From Minisyncoccota bacterium (GTDB lineage Bacteria > Patescibacteriota > Minisyncoccia > Phycocordibacterales > JABAAK01), in contig OY282360.1 of the NCBI GenBank assembly GCA_958295675.1, positions 125,810 through 189,809 on the forward strand: a stretch of 64,000 nucleotides of DNA, in the 5' to 3' direction. Within the stretch, counting starts at the first letter, position 1. Each line of letters begins with the position of its first letter. The notes beneath the pieces are model-generated. The model made no database searches. It was not told the origin of the DNA and saw nothing but the letters and a program-made list of their open reading frames with translations. Below, piece after piece: positions 10,294 through 21,032 of this stretch. Both the position numbers and the translations under genes were made by a program.

Positions 10294-10563
10294 ATGGCAC
10301 GAAAAGCGCTTATAGCACGAAACGAAAAACGAATTCGATTGGCGATAAAATATGCAAAGAAACGAGCCGAATTGAAAGAGAAGGGTGATTGGGAAGGATT
10401 GCAAAAATTGCCGAGAAATGCATCTCCTGTTCGCATTCGCAATCGTTGTTTTATAACCGGTCGTCCGCGCGGGTACCTCCGTGCTTTCAATATGTCCCGC
10501 ATTTCTCTGCGTGAGCAGGCGGTAAAGGGATATATCCCGGGATTACGAAAGTCATCATGGTAA
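10294..10563 (+). CDS. rpsN: 30S ribosomal protein S14 (long, Zn-free type)
   Basis: [19 protein letters not shown]...PGLRKSSW. Confidence 0.97.
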   Translation: MARKALIARNEKRIRLAIKYAKKRAELKEKGDWEGLQKLPRNASPVRIRNRCFITGRPRGYLRAFNMSRISLREQAVKGYIPGLRKSSW

Positions 10564-10952
10564 CAGACACAATCGCAGATTTTATTATTCGCATTAAGAA
10601 CGCGGGCGCGGTCCGTAAGGAGCGCATTGAGATGCCGTACTCAAACATGCGCAATGGTATCGCTCAGAAACTGCGTGTTAGGAAGTACATTGATAATGTG
10701 GATACGGTCGGTCACGGCACAAAAAAGCGACTGGTAATTACGCTTGCGTATGACAAGGACGGCAGACATCGGGTTCAGGGTGTGAAACGGATATCAAAGC
10801 CGGGCTGTCGTGTATACATGGGGGTTCGGGATATTTATCCGGTAAAAAATAACCACGGCATCATGTTGTTCTCCACACCGAAAGGAATATTAACCGACGA
10901 CGAAGCGCGAAAGGAACATGTCGGCGGCGAGACACTTTTTTCAATTTGGTAG
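10557..10952 (+). CDS. rpsH: 30S ribosomal protein S8
   Basis: [26 protein letters not shown]. Confidence 0.98.
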   Translation: MVTDTIADFIIRIKNAGAVRKERIEMPYSNMRNGIAQKLRVRKYIDNVDTVGHGTKKRLVITLAYDKDGRHRVQGVKRISKPGCRVYMGVRDIYPVKNNHGIMLFSTPKGILTDDEARKEHVGGETLFSIW

Positions 10953-10953
10953 T

Positions 10954-11487
10954 ATGTCAAGAATAGGAAAACAATCAATCACTGTGCCGAACGGCGTGCA
11001 AGTATCATGTGATGCCGGCATGCTGACAGTAAAAGGTCCGAAAGGAGAGCTGTCGCGGCGTGTGCGTGATGAAGTAGAACTGACTATTGCAGACGGCGCA
11101 GTGTCGGTGAAACCGGTGGCAAAAACCCGACTCGCGCTTGCACTGTGGGGCACCTACGCATCACACACGAAAAACATGATCAACGGTGTCGTTAATGGTT
11201 ATAAAAAAGAACTTGAGGTGCAGGGTGTCGGCTATCGTGCGGAAATGAAAGGAGCGCAATTGGAACTACGGGTTGGGTTTTCGCATTCGGTGTTAGTAGA
11301 TATTCCGGCAGGATTGCAAGTAAGCGTGAAAGACGCTGTCATCACCATTGAAGGTTTTGATAAAGAGTTGGTCGGTGAATTTGCCGCACAGGTTCGTCGG
11401 GTACGCAAACCGGAACCGTATAAAGGAAAAGGAATCCGATATGTCGGCGAAATGGTTCGCCGCAAGCAGGGTAAGAAATCAGATTAA
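10954..11487 (+). CDS. rplF: 50S ribosomal protein L6
   Basis: [23 protein letters not shown]. Confidence 0.98.
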   Translation: MSRIGKQSITVPNGVQVSCDAGMLTVKGPKGELSRRVRDEVELTIADGAVSVKPVAKTRLALALWGTYASHTKNMINGVVNGYKKELEVQGVGYRAEMKGAQLELRVGFSHSVLVDIPAGLQVSVKDAVITIEGFDKELVGEFAAQVRRVRKPEPYKGKGIRYVGEMVRRKQGKKSD

Positions 11488-11498
11488 TATATGATACT

Positions 11499-11852
11499 AT
11501 GAAATATACGGCACAAAAAGTACTGGGCAGAAAAAGAAGGCATAGCAGGGTTCGCGCCGTGATACGCGGCACAGCGGATCGCCCTCGTCTCGCATTCTTC
11601 AGATCGAACAAAAATGTGTATGCACAGATTATTGATGATAATGCCGGAAAAACCCTTATCGGTGCTTCATCTTTGAAAGATACAACATCCGCAGGATCTG
11701 TTGCGCAGGCAGAAAAGATGGGTATTGATATCGCTGAGAGAGCGAAGAAGCAGGGCATAACAAGAGTGGTTTTTGATCGCGGTGGATTTATATACACAGG
11801 TTCAACAAAAGCATTTGCTGATGCCGCGCGTAACAGCGGATTACAATTTTAA
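11499..11852 (+). CDS. rplR: 50S ribosomal protein L18
   Basis: [24 protein letters not shown]. Confidence 0.98.
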   Translation: MKYTAQKVLGRKRRHSRVRAVIRGTADRPRLAFFRSNKNVYAQIIDDNAGKTLIGASSLKDTTSAGSVAQAEKMGIDIAERAKKQGITRVVFDRGGFIYTGSTKAFADAARNSGLQF

Positions 11853-11854
11853 TT

Positions 11855-12526
11855 ATGGCTACAGAAGAAAACACAGAGCAAAAAGAGAAAAAAGAGGTGA
11901 CTGCAGAAAATAATACGGTTAAAACGAATCAAACGGTTGACGGCAACAATCGCCCTGAAAAACAGCACAGTACCGCTGAAACAGATAATAGTGGTGAAAA
12001 ACAAAAATTTTCTAAAGAAAAATCCGATGCAAAAAGCAGCAGAGGTCGGAGGCACTCCTCAGCATTCAACCGTTCTTCAAGGCGCGGTAAAAAACAGCCA
12101 AAGTCAGAATTTGAATCACGAGTATTGTCCGCGCGTCGCGTATCCAGAGTGGTCGCCGGTGGTCGCCGTTTTAGTTTGAGCGTCGCGGTCGCAGTCGGTA
12201 ACGGCAAGGGGCAGGTAGGTATAGGTATAAGTAAAGGGCAGGATATGGCAATGGCAACAGAAAAAGCGCGTCACCAAGCACAGAAAAATCTGACACGCGT
12301 GCAACTGACTGACAATAACAGCATCTCAAGTGAATCAACAGGAAAATATTGCGCATCCGTAGTGCAAGTACGACCTTCAAACGGGTTCATTGCAGGCGGT
12401 GCGGTGCGAACTATTGCCGAACTTGCCGGTATACAACGGATTAACGCAAAAATTTTGTCACGCAGCAAAAGTCATCTGAATAATGCGCGCGCCGCGCTGC
12501 GGGCACTACAGTCAGTGAAAGGATAA
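11855..12526 (+). CDS. rpsE: 30S ribosomal protein S5
   Basis: RVSRVVAGGRRF, IAGGAVR..AELAGI. Confidence 0.96.
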   Translation: MATEENTEQKEKKEVTAENNTVKTNQTVDGNNRPEKQHSTAETDNSGEKQKFSKEKSDAKSSRGRRHSSAFNRSSRRGKKQPKSEFESRVLSARRVSRVVAGGRRFSLSVAVAVGNGKGQVGIGISKGQDMAMATEKARHQAQKNLTRVQLTDNNSISSESTGKYCASVVQVRPSNGFIAGGAVRTIAELAGIQRINAKILSRSKSHLNNARAALRALQSVKG

Positions 12527-12529
12527 TCT

Positions 12530-12970
12530 ATGTTACACACACTTAAGAGCACAACAAGAAAACAAAAAAAAAGAGTCGGTCGCGGCGGCGCGCGCGGTAA
12601 GAATGCGGGTCGTGGGCATAAGGGGCAGAAATCGCGCGCTGGGCATAGAATTCGCCCCGCAATTCGTGATGAACTGCAGCGAATTCCGAAACGTCGCGGG
12701 TATAATAAAAACCGAGCACGGGGTGTGCGTAATAAAGACCCGGTACGGAGTGTGACCCTTGCGCTGCTTGAGAGGAATTTTAAAAAGAACGAAAAAATCA
12801 CACCGGGCGTGCTGGTAACAAGACATATGATTGCACCGGTAAAAGGTCGCGCTCCTAATGTAAAAATTGTTGCGCGCGGCAGCATCACCACACCGCTGAC
12901 AATTCAAAAATGTCTGTTGTCAGCGGATGCCCGGAAAAAGGTGGAAGCAGCGGGCGGTACAGTACAATAA
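12530..12970 (+). CDS. rplO: 50S ribosomal protein L15
   Basis: RVGRG..RGK.AGRGHKGQKSRAG. Confidence 0.97.
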   Translation: MLHTLKSTTRKQKKRVGRGGARGKNAGRGHKGQKSRAGHRIRPAIRDELQRIPKRRGYNKNRARGVRNKDPVRSVTLALLERNFKKNEKITPGVLVTRHMIAPVKGRAPNVKIVARGSITTPLTIQKCLLSADARKKVEAAGGTVQ

Positions 12971-12975
12971 AAGAT

Positions 12976-14253
12976 ATGACCTTTACAGCACTCAAATTAT
13001 TTTTCACTGATATGTTTCTCGTGAAGAAATTTATCGCTGTTGCGATAGGTTTGGTTCTCTTTCGCGTGTTAGCATCTGTGCCGGTACCCCAGATTGATGC
13101 GGCAACACTGGGCGCATTGCTGTATCAGAATCAGCTGCTGGGTGTGTTCAACATTTTCTCCGGCGGCGGATTGTCAAATTTTTCTATCGCTATGCTCGGT
13201 GTATTTCCGTACATCACGGTTGCCATTATAGTGCAGTTGCTGACGGTTGTATCACCCCGTATTCATTCTATGTACCACGAAGAAGGAGAAATCGGGCGAA
13301 AAAAGATAGGGCAGTGGACGCGTGTGGCAACGGTGCCGGTGGCGATTATAAACGCAATCGGTATCCTTGCGTACTTTCAATCGCAGCAGGTTATACCACA
13401 GTTGCCTGTTCCTGATTTCACCATGAGCGTGTTGTTCATTGTCGCCGGTTCAATGCTCACGATGTGGGTTGGTGAACTCATAACTGAATTCGGTATCGGT
13501 AATGGTATCTCATTCATCGTATTTGCAGGTATCGTGGTGAATATTCCGACATTAATGACACAGGCGGTTGCCACATTCTCACCGGCACTGGCTCCCATGT
13601 ATATTATTGCCGGTATCGGCATCATCGTCGGTGTGATGCTTGCGGTATGGATGAACGAGGCTGATCGTCCGGTTCCGATTACTTATGCGAGATATGGTAT
13701 CGGACACGGTTCCGGTGACCGGCGTGTGGAGACATACATTCCGGTCAAAGTGAACCCTGTCGGTGTGTTATCAATCATTTTTGCACTTGTGGTCACTGCA
13801 TTTTTCCAATATCTCTTCAAATTTATGGGTGATAGTGCTACCGCCGCTATCAGTACGATCGGTACATGGGCAACGGAAGTGCTTGCAAATGGGTATTATT
13901 ACGCCATTCCGGTCGCTCTTCTTACATTTTTCTTCACATATTTTCATGCACCGATTGTCTTTAATGTAAAAAAGATTGCGGATAATATACAGCAGCAAGG
14001 TGCTTTTATTCCCGGCGTCCGTCCCGGTGAGGACACAGTTGAGTACTTCAGCAAAGTTCTGAAAAGGGTTGTCTGCTATGCCGCTGTCTTTTTGACAGCA
14101 ATCGCCGCAGTACCGTTTCTTGTGACCGGATCTTCCGCTGGTACATTTTTGTTCGCTGTTGGCGGCACGGGCGCACTCATTATTGTTTCCGTTATTTTAG
14201 ATGTGTACCGAAAAACAGGCGCGCGGATAAATGACCTAAAAGCGTTGCTGTAA
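12976..14253 (+). CDS. secY: Preprotein translocase SecY
   Basis: LGVFPYIT, GIGNGIS, FIPGVRPG; ~10 TM. Confidence 0.97.
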   Translation: MTFTALKLFFTDMFLVKKFIAVAIGLVLFRVLASVPVPQIDAATLGALLYQNQLLGVFNIFSGGGLSNFSIAMLGVFPYITVAIIVQLLTVVSPRIHSMYHEEGEIGRKKIGQWTRVATVPVAIINAIGILAYFQSQQVIPQLPVPDFTMSVLFIVAGSMLTMWVGELITEFGIGNGISFIVFAGIVVNIPTLMTQAVATFSPALAPMYIIAGIGIIVGVMLAVWMNEADRPVPITYARYGIGHGSGDRRVETYIPVKVNPVGVLSIIFALVVTAFFQYLFKFMGDSATAAISTIGTWATEVLANGYYYAIPVALLTFFFTYFHAPIVFNVKKIADNIQQQGAFIPGVRPGEDTVEYFSKVLKRVVCYAAVFLTAIAAVPFLVTGSSAGTFLFAVGGTGALIIVSVILDVYRKTGARINDLKALL

Positions 14254-14280
14254 ACGGGAATATGCTACACTAACAGATAT

Positions 14281-14871
14281 ATGCACGCATACATTTTTTT
14301 CGGTATTGCGGGTTCAGGGAAAGGAACACAACGGAAGATGCTTGAAGCGCGTTTGAGAGAGGAGGGAAAAACAGTGTTATGTTTGGAGGTGGGGCAGGCA
14401 CTCCGTGAATACACGGCAGATACGGCATCACCCGCAAAAGAGCATCTGGCCAATATTATGAAAACAGGTGAATTAGTACCGTCGGCATTTCCTATTGCTG
14501 TCGTGCTGAATAGAATAATGGAGCAGCAAACACAGCATGATTGTCTTGTGTTTGACGGTTTGGGGCGAAGGCGCATAGAAGCAGAAATTTTTATTGATTT
14601 AATGGCATTTTTTCCGAAGGTAGAGGTGCATGTCATTCTTTTGGATATCTCTGAAAGCGAAGCGATGCAAAGATTGCGCAAGCGGGGGCGATATGATGAT
14701 ACTGAAGATGCCATAAAAACACGGTTCGCGCTTTTCAATGATACGGAGACCGGCACGACGGCAGCACTTAATTTTCTGCGCAACCGTTCCGATGTTGCAT
14801 TCCATACAATAGACGGATTAGGTACATCAGAAGAGATATTTCAGCAAATCGTATCTGAACTTGATGTATGA
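14281..14871 (+). CDS. adk: Adenylate kinase (short, no LID Zn motif)
   Basis: G.AGSGKGTQ P-loop, GELVP, RGRYDD; position after secY. Confidence 0.88.
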   Translation: MHAYIFFGIAGSGKGTQRKMLEARLREEGKTVLCLEVGQALREYTADTASPAKEHLANIMKTGELVPSAFPIAVVLNRIMEQQTQHDCLVFDGLGRRRIEAEIFIDLMAFFPKVEVHVILLDISESEAMQRLRKRGRYDDTEDAIKTRFALFNDTETGTTAALNFLRNRSDVAFHTIDGLGTSEEIFQQIVSELDV

Positions 14872-15641
14872 TTATTACCGATAAAACACAGAAAGAAAGA
14901 CTTGTTGAAGCGGGAAAACGCCTGCGCACTGTTCTTGATGCGGTCAGGAAACATATTAAACCGAATGTTGTTACCACGGAATTAGATGCGTTAGCATATA
15001 CCATGATTACTGAAAAAGGTGATAAACCGGCGTTTCTGAATTATAAGCCGACAGGTATGCCGATTGCATTCCCGGCAACATTATGTGTTTCTTTAAATCA
15101 CGAAATGGTGCATGGCATACCGAATCAGGAGAAAATCATACAAAACGGCGACATCATTTCAATTGACTGCGGATTGGAGTATGAGGGTGTTTTTGTTGAC
15201 GCAGCGTTTACAATAGTTGTCGGTGACAGCGATGCTGCCGCTCAAGCGTTAATTGAGGCGACACGCAAAGCGTTACAGTATGCCATCATTACGGCGCGTG
15301 CGGGCGCAACTACGGGTGATGTCGGTAATGCTGTTGAAACAGTCGCGAAAGAGCATGGTTATACTGTGCCGCCGGAACTCGGCGGACATGGTGTTGGTGC
15401 CGCTCAGCACGAAGATCCGTTCATTCCGAATATTGGAGATGCCGGTCAGGGAGAAATATTACGCGATGGTGAAGTAATTGCCATTGAACCGATTTTTTCA
15501 GAGGGCAGTGACCCGCGAATCACTCATGGAGAAGACGGATTTGCATACTGCGCTATGGATGGAAGCCGATCCGCTCATTTTGAGCATACATTGTTAGTAA
15601 CAAAAGATGCTCCGATTATTATTACCGGACCGATGTGGTAA
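14868..15641 (+). CDS. map: Methionine aminopeptidase type I
   Basis: HGIP, IDCG..D, GHGVG..HEDP, AIEP, SAHFEHT. Confidence 0.97.
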   Translation: MIITDKTQKERLVEAGKRLRTVLDAVRKHIKPNVVTTELDALAYTMITEKGDKPAFLNYKPTGMPIAFPATLCVSLNHEMVHGIPNQEKIIQNGDIISIDCGLEYEGVFVDAAFTIVVGDSDAAAQALIEATRKALQYAIITARAGATTGDVGNAVETVAKEHGYTVPPELGGHGVGAAQHEDPFIPNIGDAGQGEILRDGEVIAIEPIFSEGSDPRITHGEDGFAYCAMDGSRSAHFEHTLLVTKDAPIIITGPMW

Positions 15642-15651
15642 TATACAATCT

Positions 15652-16254
15652 ATGAATACACACATTGAAAGAACACTGGTCGTTATTAAACCGGATGGTG
15701 TGCAGCGTACATTGGTCGGTGAAATTATTAAGCGGCTTGAACGGGTCGGACTGAAATTGGTCGGCATGAAGATGGTAACCGCTGATACCGACATAATAAA
15801 GCAGCATTATTCATCTGATCCGAGATGGAAACAGAATGTCGGTGAAAAATTACTGGAAAATAAAAAAAAGAACGGTGAAGATATCAGTTCAATAACCGCA
15901 TCAGAATTAGGTGAAAAAGTGCTCAGTCAGTTGGTGCGATTTATGACCGCCGGTCCGGTCGTGGTAATAGCACTTGAGGGCGCGCATGCAATACCGCTTA
16001 CGCGAAAATTAGTCGGTGCCACGGAACCGCTTTCTTCGGATGTCGGTACAATCAGAGGTGATTTTGTGCTTGACTCATATAGTATGGCGGACAGCACTGA
16101 CAGAGCGGTCCGCAATGTCATCCATGCCTCATCAGACAACAGTGATGCCGAAAAAGAGATTGCTTTATGGTTCAAGTCAGAGGAATTGATGAACTATCGC
16201 ACTGTACACGAACATACGCTGTACGATGTGAATTTTGACAATGTTACTGAGTAA
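15652..16254 (+). CDS. ndk: Nucleoside diphosphate kinase
   Basis: ERTLVVIKPDGVQR, GTIRGDF, NVIHAS. Confidence 0.96.
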   Translation: MNTHIERTLVVIKPDGVQRTLVGEIIKRLERVGLKLVGMKMVTADTDIIKQHYSSDPRWKQNVGEKLLENKKKNGEDISSITASELGEKVLSQLVRFMTAGPVVVIALEGAHAIPLTRKLVGATEPLSSDVGTIRGDFVLDSYSMADSTDRAVRNVIHASSDNSDAEKEIALWFKSEELMNYRTVHEHTLYDVNFDNVTE

Positions 16255-16273
16255 TAACACATATACCCGCCAT

Positions 16274-16639
16274 ATGCAGGCACTCTTGTTGCTTCTTTTC
16301 ACATCATCCCTGACACTTATCCTGCATTCTCTCGGACTTGCCGCGTATTTATATTGGAAATTTTGGTGGTTTGATATTGTAACTCATGCGTTAGGCGGTT
16401 TTTCACTCGGATTACTCATTGCTTTCCTTGTGCCAAAAAAACATATTTTCCTGATATATGGCGCGCTGATTCTCTGCATTATCGGATGGGAGATATTTGA
16501 AATTGTTTTTGTGGGAATTGAGACAGGGAACATGTCGTATGTTATTGACATCATTTCTGATTTGGCTATCGGTTTTGCAGCCGCTCACGGTGCAATATGG
16601 ATATATCACACAAACACCACCGAACGAAAACACAGATAA
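16274..16639 (+). CDS. Membrane protein (WWFDIVTHALGG...WE..E...D..SD type)
   Basis: 4 TM helices with conserved-looking H/E/D residues. Confidence 0.7.
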   Translation: MQALLLLLFTSSLTLILHSLGLAAYLYWKFWWFDIVTHALGGFSLGLLIAFLVPKKHIFLIYGALILCIIGWEIFEIVFVGIETGNMSYVIDIISDLAIGFAAAHGAIWIYHTNTTERKHR

Positions 16640-16641
16640 TA

Positions 16642-16989
16642 TTATTGTTTGTGCGATTCAGCAATACGGTTGAATATGTCCGGATACTTTTGTGCTATTT
16701 CCGAAAGCACTTTCCTATCCAAGTCAATTTTTTCCCGCTTTAATGTATGTATAAAAGCACTGTATGACATATTATGCTGACGCAATGCGGCATTAATTCG
16801 GATATTCCAAAGACGCCTAAAATCCCCTTTCTTTTTCCTCCGGTGCGCGAACGCATGATTGCCCGCATGAAGCAGTGCTTCACGAGCTTGTCGCTCTTTT
16901 GTTGACCGCCCCCAACGATACCCTTTTGTTTTTTTCAATAGGGATCGGCGTTTTTTTAGTGAAAGTGTTCCTCGTTTGATTCGTACCAT
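16642..16989 (-). CDS. rplT: 50S ribosomal protein L20
   Basis: RIKRG, KGYR, FRRLWNIRINAA, LDRKVL. Confidence 0.98.
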   Translation of the reverse strand: MVRIKRGTLSLKKRRSLLKKTKGYRWGRSTKERQAREALLHAGNHAFAHRRKKKGDFRRLWNIRINAALRQHNMSYSAFIHTLKREKIDLDRKVLSEIAQKYPDIFNRIAESHKQ

Positions 16990-16998
16990 ATGCAAAAG

Positions 16999-17187
16999 TT
17001 ATGAAAGCAAAAGTCGTTGTTTTGCTTTTGTGGGCAAAACAGCATGTCGCTGCCGTTTTTGCCGTAATTTCTTTGAACGGGAATGCTTCGCATTGAAATG
17101 TCCGCGTCCTTTTCCGGACACGAGGATGGCGCCGTGCTTGGTTTTGCGAACACGAGAAATAGCGGATTTATTTGTTTTGGTAGTCAT
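16999..17187 (-). CDS. rpmI: 50S ribosomal protein L35
   Basis: KTNKSAISRVRKT..G...H; between infC and rplT. Confidence 0.85.
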   Translation of the reverse strand: MTTKTNKSAISRVRKTKHGAILVSGKGRGHFNAKHSRSKKLRQKRQRHAVLPTKAKQRLLLS

Positions 17188-17266
17188 AAAAGTACCGAAA
17201 AAATGTATAAAGAAGTATACCACAGGACAATAAGCGGCACAAACAATGCTTTTATATACCCTGAGA

Positions 17267-17827
17267 TCATTTCTTATTTTTTCCCTGAAGAACTACGGAA
17301 AAACCTTTCGGGCTCTTGCGAACACTCTCCGCTGTATATACCTCTCCGGGGATTGTTTGTATAAACGAAAGGAGTCGTTCTTTTAAAAACTCACCATTCA
17401 TACTCTTATACCGCCCGAAAAGAAAGAGATCAACCTGCACCTTGTTGCCGTTATCAAGCCATTCACGGATTTTTTTTGCGCGAAGCTGCATGGTGTCTTC
17501 ACCGGTACCCGGCTTTATCTGAGTGTGTTTTACTTCGTCTTGCTTCTTTTTCCCTTTTTCTTTATCTTGCTCTATCCACTTCTTCTTCAGTTTGTTCTGT
17601 TCATATTGGTATTTTCCATGATCAGCGATTCGGGCAACTGGCGGTTTCGCTTTCGCTGTGACCTCAATCAAATCCAAATCAGCTTGTTTCGCCCGCTCAA
17701 GCGCTTTCTTGATAGGTACAATACCGACACTCTTCCCGTCTGCATCAATAAGACGCACCTCCGGCGAGCGAATGGATTCATTGATACGCGCTTTGGGCTG
17801 CGCTAATTTTCTTGGTCCTCTTCGAAT
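17267..17827 (-). CDS. infC: Translation initiation factor IF-3, probable AUU start
   Basis: RINESIR..EVRLI, DLIEV...AKPPVARI.D.GKY; no in-frame ATG near N-terminus, ATT at 17827. Confidence 0.92.
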   Translation of the reverse strand: MRRGPRKLAQPKARINESIRSPEVRLIDADGKSVGIVPIKKALERAKQADLDLIEVTAKAKPPVARIADHGKYQYEQNKLKKKWIEQDKEKGKKKQDEVKHTQIKPGTGEDTMQLRAKKIREWLDNGNKVQVDLFLFGRYKSMNGEFLKERLLSFIQTIPGEVYTAESVRKSPKGFSVVLQGKNKK

Positions 17828-17890
17828 ATAATTACATATTATACAGTTTTTTCGTAAATGACAACCGAGAGATGATATAATGCAAAATAC

Positions 17891-18604
17891 ATGGAAAGAA
17901 TATTCACAAGAAGAAAAATTGTAGTTATTACCGCGGTACTCATACTCCTTTCTACACTGGTGTATGTGGAGCACCCATCCGTCCTTGCATTGAAAACAAT
18001 CGCTTCATCGATTGGTTTTATTGATTCAGAGCGGAATGTGGTCGGCATTACCGATGTGCGGTCCATTGATCACACCCAGGGCAGTCATGATGCGAATGTG
18101 CTGCTCATTGAATATTCAGATTTCAGCTGTGTTATGTGCGCGATGATGCAGGACAATCTTAAGCGTATTGCCGAAGAGGAGCGGGTATTACTTGTCTCCC
18201 GGCATCTTTACCCCGAAACATCGGGTACATCCTTTGAAAAAGCAGTCGCGGCTGAGTGTGTGGCAAAGCATGCCGGAGAAGAGGCATATTTCTCATTTGT
18301 ACAATATCTCTATAAGAATCAATACATCCCAGATGACAGCAAGTTAACCATGCTGCAAAAGGCGATTTCTCTCGGTACCGATATTCAGGAATTTGAAAGG
18401 TGTATTGCGAGTGATGACCGAATTCGTGCAAGGATACAAAACGACAGCGAAGAGGGGTGGCACCTTGGTGCCCGTGGCACACCATATATTGTGGTAGTGT
18501 ACAAAGGCAGGCCGATCGGTATCTCCTACGCGAATGAATATGAAAAGTTTTTACATCGTGTTCGTTCCTTGGTTGCCAATGCGCAAGAAAATAGCCGAAC
18601 ATAG
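17891..18604 (+). CDS. DsbA/thioredoxin-fold membrane-anchored oxidoreductase
   Basis: EYSDFSCVMC, AAECV, GARGTP. Confidence 0.88.
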   Translation: MERIFTRRKIVVITAVLILLSTLVYVEHPSVLALKTIASSIGFIDSERNVVGITDVRSIDHTQGSHDANVLLIEYSDFSCVMCAMMQDNLKRIAEEERVLLVSRHLYPETSGTSFEKAVAAECVAKHAGEEAYFSFVQYLYKNQYIPDDSKLTMLQKAISLGTDIQEFERCIASDDRIRARIQNDSEEGWHLGARGTPYIVVVYKGRPIGISYANEYEKFLHRVRSLVANAQENSRT

Positions 18605-18727
18605 TCATTGACATATCTATTAATTTATTTGTATATATTTGACTTAAAGTTAAACTATTCTATAACAATACTCTATTGAAAATTAAAGAGGATATGATAC
18701 TATATAATTGGTTTTACTCAAGGAGAA

Positions 18728-19204
18728 TTGGTCGTGCTGAAAAATCAATCTGTGTCTTTCAAAAACCTCACACTCACTTTGATAGGGTGTGTACTTGCCA
18801 TCGGGATTGCCGGATGTGCGTCATCCGGGAAAAAAGGATTTGAAACGAGCTTTGGGTGGCGTGACGGGGAACTGGTGACACACGCTGTCGGGCGGGTGTT
18901 CAATGAGCAAATCAGGCATTCCGTCAACGGAAGTAATGCACCATTGCTGAGTACCGCGTCGCGCGATGTTTTCGGTATGTCAGCGGAGCGTGCTTTGGAC
19001 TTCCCAGGACAAACAAACTACTGGAACAACTACGGCGACAACGACACACATGGTTTTGTCACTGCAGTTCGAGAAGTGAAAGCAGGAAAAAAAACATGTT
19101 GGGAATTCAACGCCGTTGTCAGAACTGCTGGTTATCAGGGAGAAATAAACGGCATTGCATGCAAGAAGGGTGAGAATGATCCGTGGTTAACCAAAAGACC
19201 GTGA
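18728..19204 (+). CDS. Lipoprotein resembling Rickettsia 17-kDa surface antigen C-terminal domain
   Basis: Lipobox IAGC; W.N...G.V...C.EF......G.ACK....W pattern; AAGGAG SD. Confidence 0.65.
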   Translation: MVVLKNQSVSFKNLTLTLIGCVLAIGIAGCASSGKKGFETSFGWRDGELVTHAVGRVFNEQIRHSVNGSNAPLLSTASRDVFGMSAERALDFPGQTNYWNNYGDNDTHGFVTAVREVKAGKKTCWEFNAVVRTAGYQGEINGIACKKGENDPWLTKRP

Positions 19205-19222
19205 TCACACTCGTCTCATCTC

Positions 19223-19254
19223 ATAACCCCCCGCTTTTTGCGGGGGTTATTTTT
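19223..19254 (+). terminator. Intrinsic terminator
   Basis: ATAACCCCCCGC-TTTTT-GCGGGGGTTAT followed by T-run. Confidence 0.75.
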
Positions 19255-19353
19255 AGATATCAACAGTATCAGAAAACAGCGGAAATAGTAAAACATGTTT
19301 CATGCTATACTTACACTATAGATTAAAAATCGTAAAGAGAGAACACAGAATGT

Positions 19354-20073
19354 ATGAACAAAAAAAATGATATAAAAAATATTGCCACCGTATTGATAGT
19401 ACTGGTTATTATTATCCTTGTCTTCTTTGCCGGTACGGCATACACACCAAATGACAGAATCTCATATTCTGATGATAATGTCGCTCCTTCATATGCCGGT
19501 GAAACCGACAGTGCTTCTGATACCCTGGATCTGCTTGCTGTTCGCGACACTGATGTTCCGAAAGGTAATGGCCCGTTCCTTTTAATTGAATATTCCGATT
19601 ATGAATGTCCTTTTTGCAAAAGGTTCCATCCTGTAGTACAGGAATTAGTTGATAATGGAGAAGTGACATGGGTGTACCGTCATCTGCCGCTGCCGTTTCA
19701 CGAGACCGCTGAAGAAGGTGCGGTCATAGCGGAATGCGTACGCATTCATAAGGGTGGTAGGGCGTTTTGGACATATACTGATTCAGTGTTTGAACAGAAT
19801 ACACTGTCGCTTGATGTGTACAAATCACTCGCCGCAACATCTGGACTTTCATCGGCGCAGGTTGAAAAATGCCTGGAATCGGGCAGTGAAGCGCGGGATG
19901 TGCTGGCAGTACATTATAAGGATACACAGTTAGTCGGCATCAATGGTACACCAGGATCATTCTTGGTAAACAAAAAAACAGGCAAGTTTGAGCGTGTACC
20001 GGGTGCGTTGCCATTGGAAAGTGACGGTTCCGGGGGTCCTTCAATGCGAGCGCTTCTCAACTCACTTCAGTAG
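19354..20073 (+). CDS. DsbA family protein
   Basis: EYSDYECPFCKRFH, WVYRHLPL, GINGTP, GALP. Confidence 0.92.
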   Translation: MNKKNDIKNIATVLIVLVIIILVFFAGTAYTPNDRISYSDDNVAPSYAGETDSASDTLDLLAVRDTDVPKGNGPFLLIEYSDYECPFCKRFHPVVQELVDNGEVTWVYRHLPLPFHETAEEGAVIAECVRIHKGGRAFWTYTDSVFEQNTLSLDVYKSLAATSGLSSAQVEKCLESGSEARDVLAVHYKDTQLVGINGTPGSFLVNKKTGKFERVPGALPLESDGSGGPSMRALLNSLQ

Positions 20074-20078
20074 TGATA

Positions 20079-20819
20079 ATGACCGAATACTTTTCACTCT
20101 TTAGTTTTCTGACAGCAGCAGTTGCCGGCACAGTCACTGTTTTTCTTCCGTGCACCTATCCGATGATTATCGGATATATCGCCCTTATTATAGGTGACAG
20201 GCGGAATGATGACATGACGCACATTCTGAGAATAACCTTTTGGTTCTTTGTGGGGTTCACAGTCACTTTCATGGTATTCGGCAGTATCGCCGGCTTATTC
20301 GGTCAGTTCAGTGAAACCACGCTCATTGTGAATAGCTTAAGACCGATATTGACGATTATCGGCGGTGTATTCTTTATTATCATCGGTCTCCTGCTTTTGC
20401 AGGCGATACCGTTGCCGTCCAAGTTGCGGAGTATGCGGGCAATTCCCATTCCTTCATCATTAACTTCGCATTCATGGTGGCGTTCATGCGCTATCGGCGC
20501 AATTTTTGCAGCCGGTTGGTCACCCTGCATCGGACCGGTACTCGGAGGCATGTTGGTACTAGCTGCATCATCACAATCAGTCATAGCAGGTACATTACTC
20601 ATGTTTATGTTTTCAGTCGGCATGGTGTTGCCGATGTTGGTGATCGCGCTCCTGTATGGCAAAACCGCGGGTCGAATTCGTCGCTTTGAGAATATTATGC
20701 CGATAATGCGAGTTATCGGCGGCGCACTTTTTATATTCCTCGGTATTATCTTTATCATGGGTGACTTTTCCGTGCTGGGCAGTATGTCAGTGCCGGCATT
20801 TCTTGTGCCGTATATTTGA
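20079..20819 (+). CDS. ccdA: CcdA/DsbD-like thiol-disulfide membrane protein
   Basis: FLPCTYPM and GWSPCIGPVLG motifs. Confidence 0.88.
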   Translation: MTEYFSLFSFLTAAVAGTVTVFLPCTYPMIIGYIALIIGDRRNDDMTHILRITFWFFVGFTVTFMVFGSIAGLFGQFSETTLIVNSLRPILTIIGGVFFIIIGLLLLQAIPLPSKLRSMRAIPIPSSLTSHSWWRSCAIGAIFAAGWSPCIGPVLGGMLVLAASSQSVIAGTLLMFMFSVGMVLPMLVIALLYGKTAGRIRRFENIMPIMRVIGGALFIFLGIIFIMGDFSVLGSMSVPAFLVPYI

Positions 20820-20850
20820 CCGGTACAGTAATACCAGGTACAATACAGCC

Positions 20851-21024
20851 ATGTTTCAGTATTTTACAGAAGTATTACAGGAATTTAAATACATTCGATG
20901 GCTGTCAATCAGTCGGACGGTACTATTATCCGCCGTGGTCGTTTTTGTTGCGATATTGATTGGATTCATGCTCGGTGCGATGGATAACGGATTGTCCGCC
21001 GTACTGAAAACAATCGTTATATAA
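20851..21024 (+). CDS. secE: Preprotein translocase SecE
   Basis: QEFKYIRW + single TM, upstream of nusG. Confidence 0.85.
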   Translation: MFQYFTEVLQEFKYIRWLSISRTVLLSAVVVFVAILIGFMLGAMDNGLSAVLKTIVI

Positions 21025-21032
21025 TATGTAAT

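Noticed and set aside
17828-17974. Long N-terminus of infC from the ORF track
   Set aside because: Overlaps the divergent DsbA gene and is not IF3-like.
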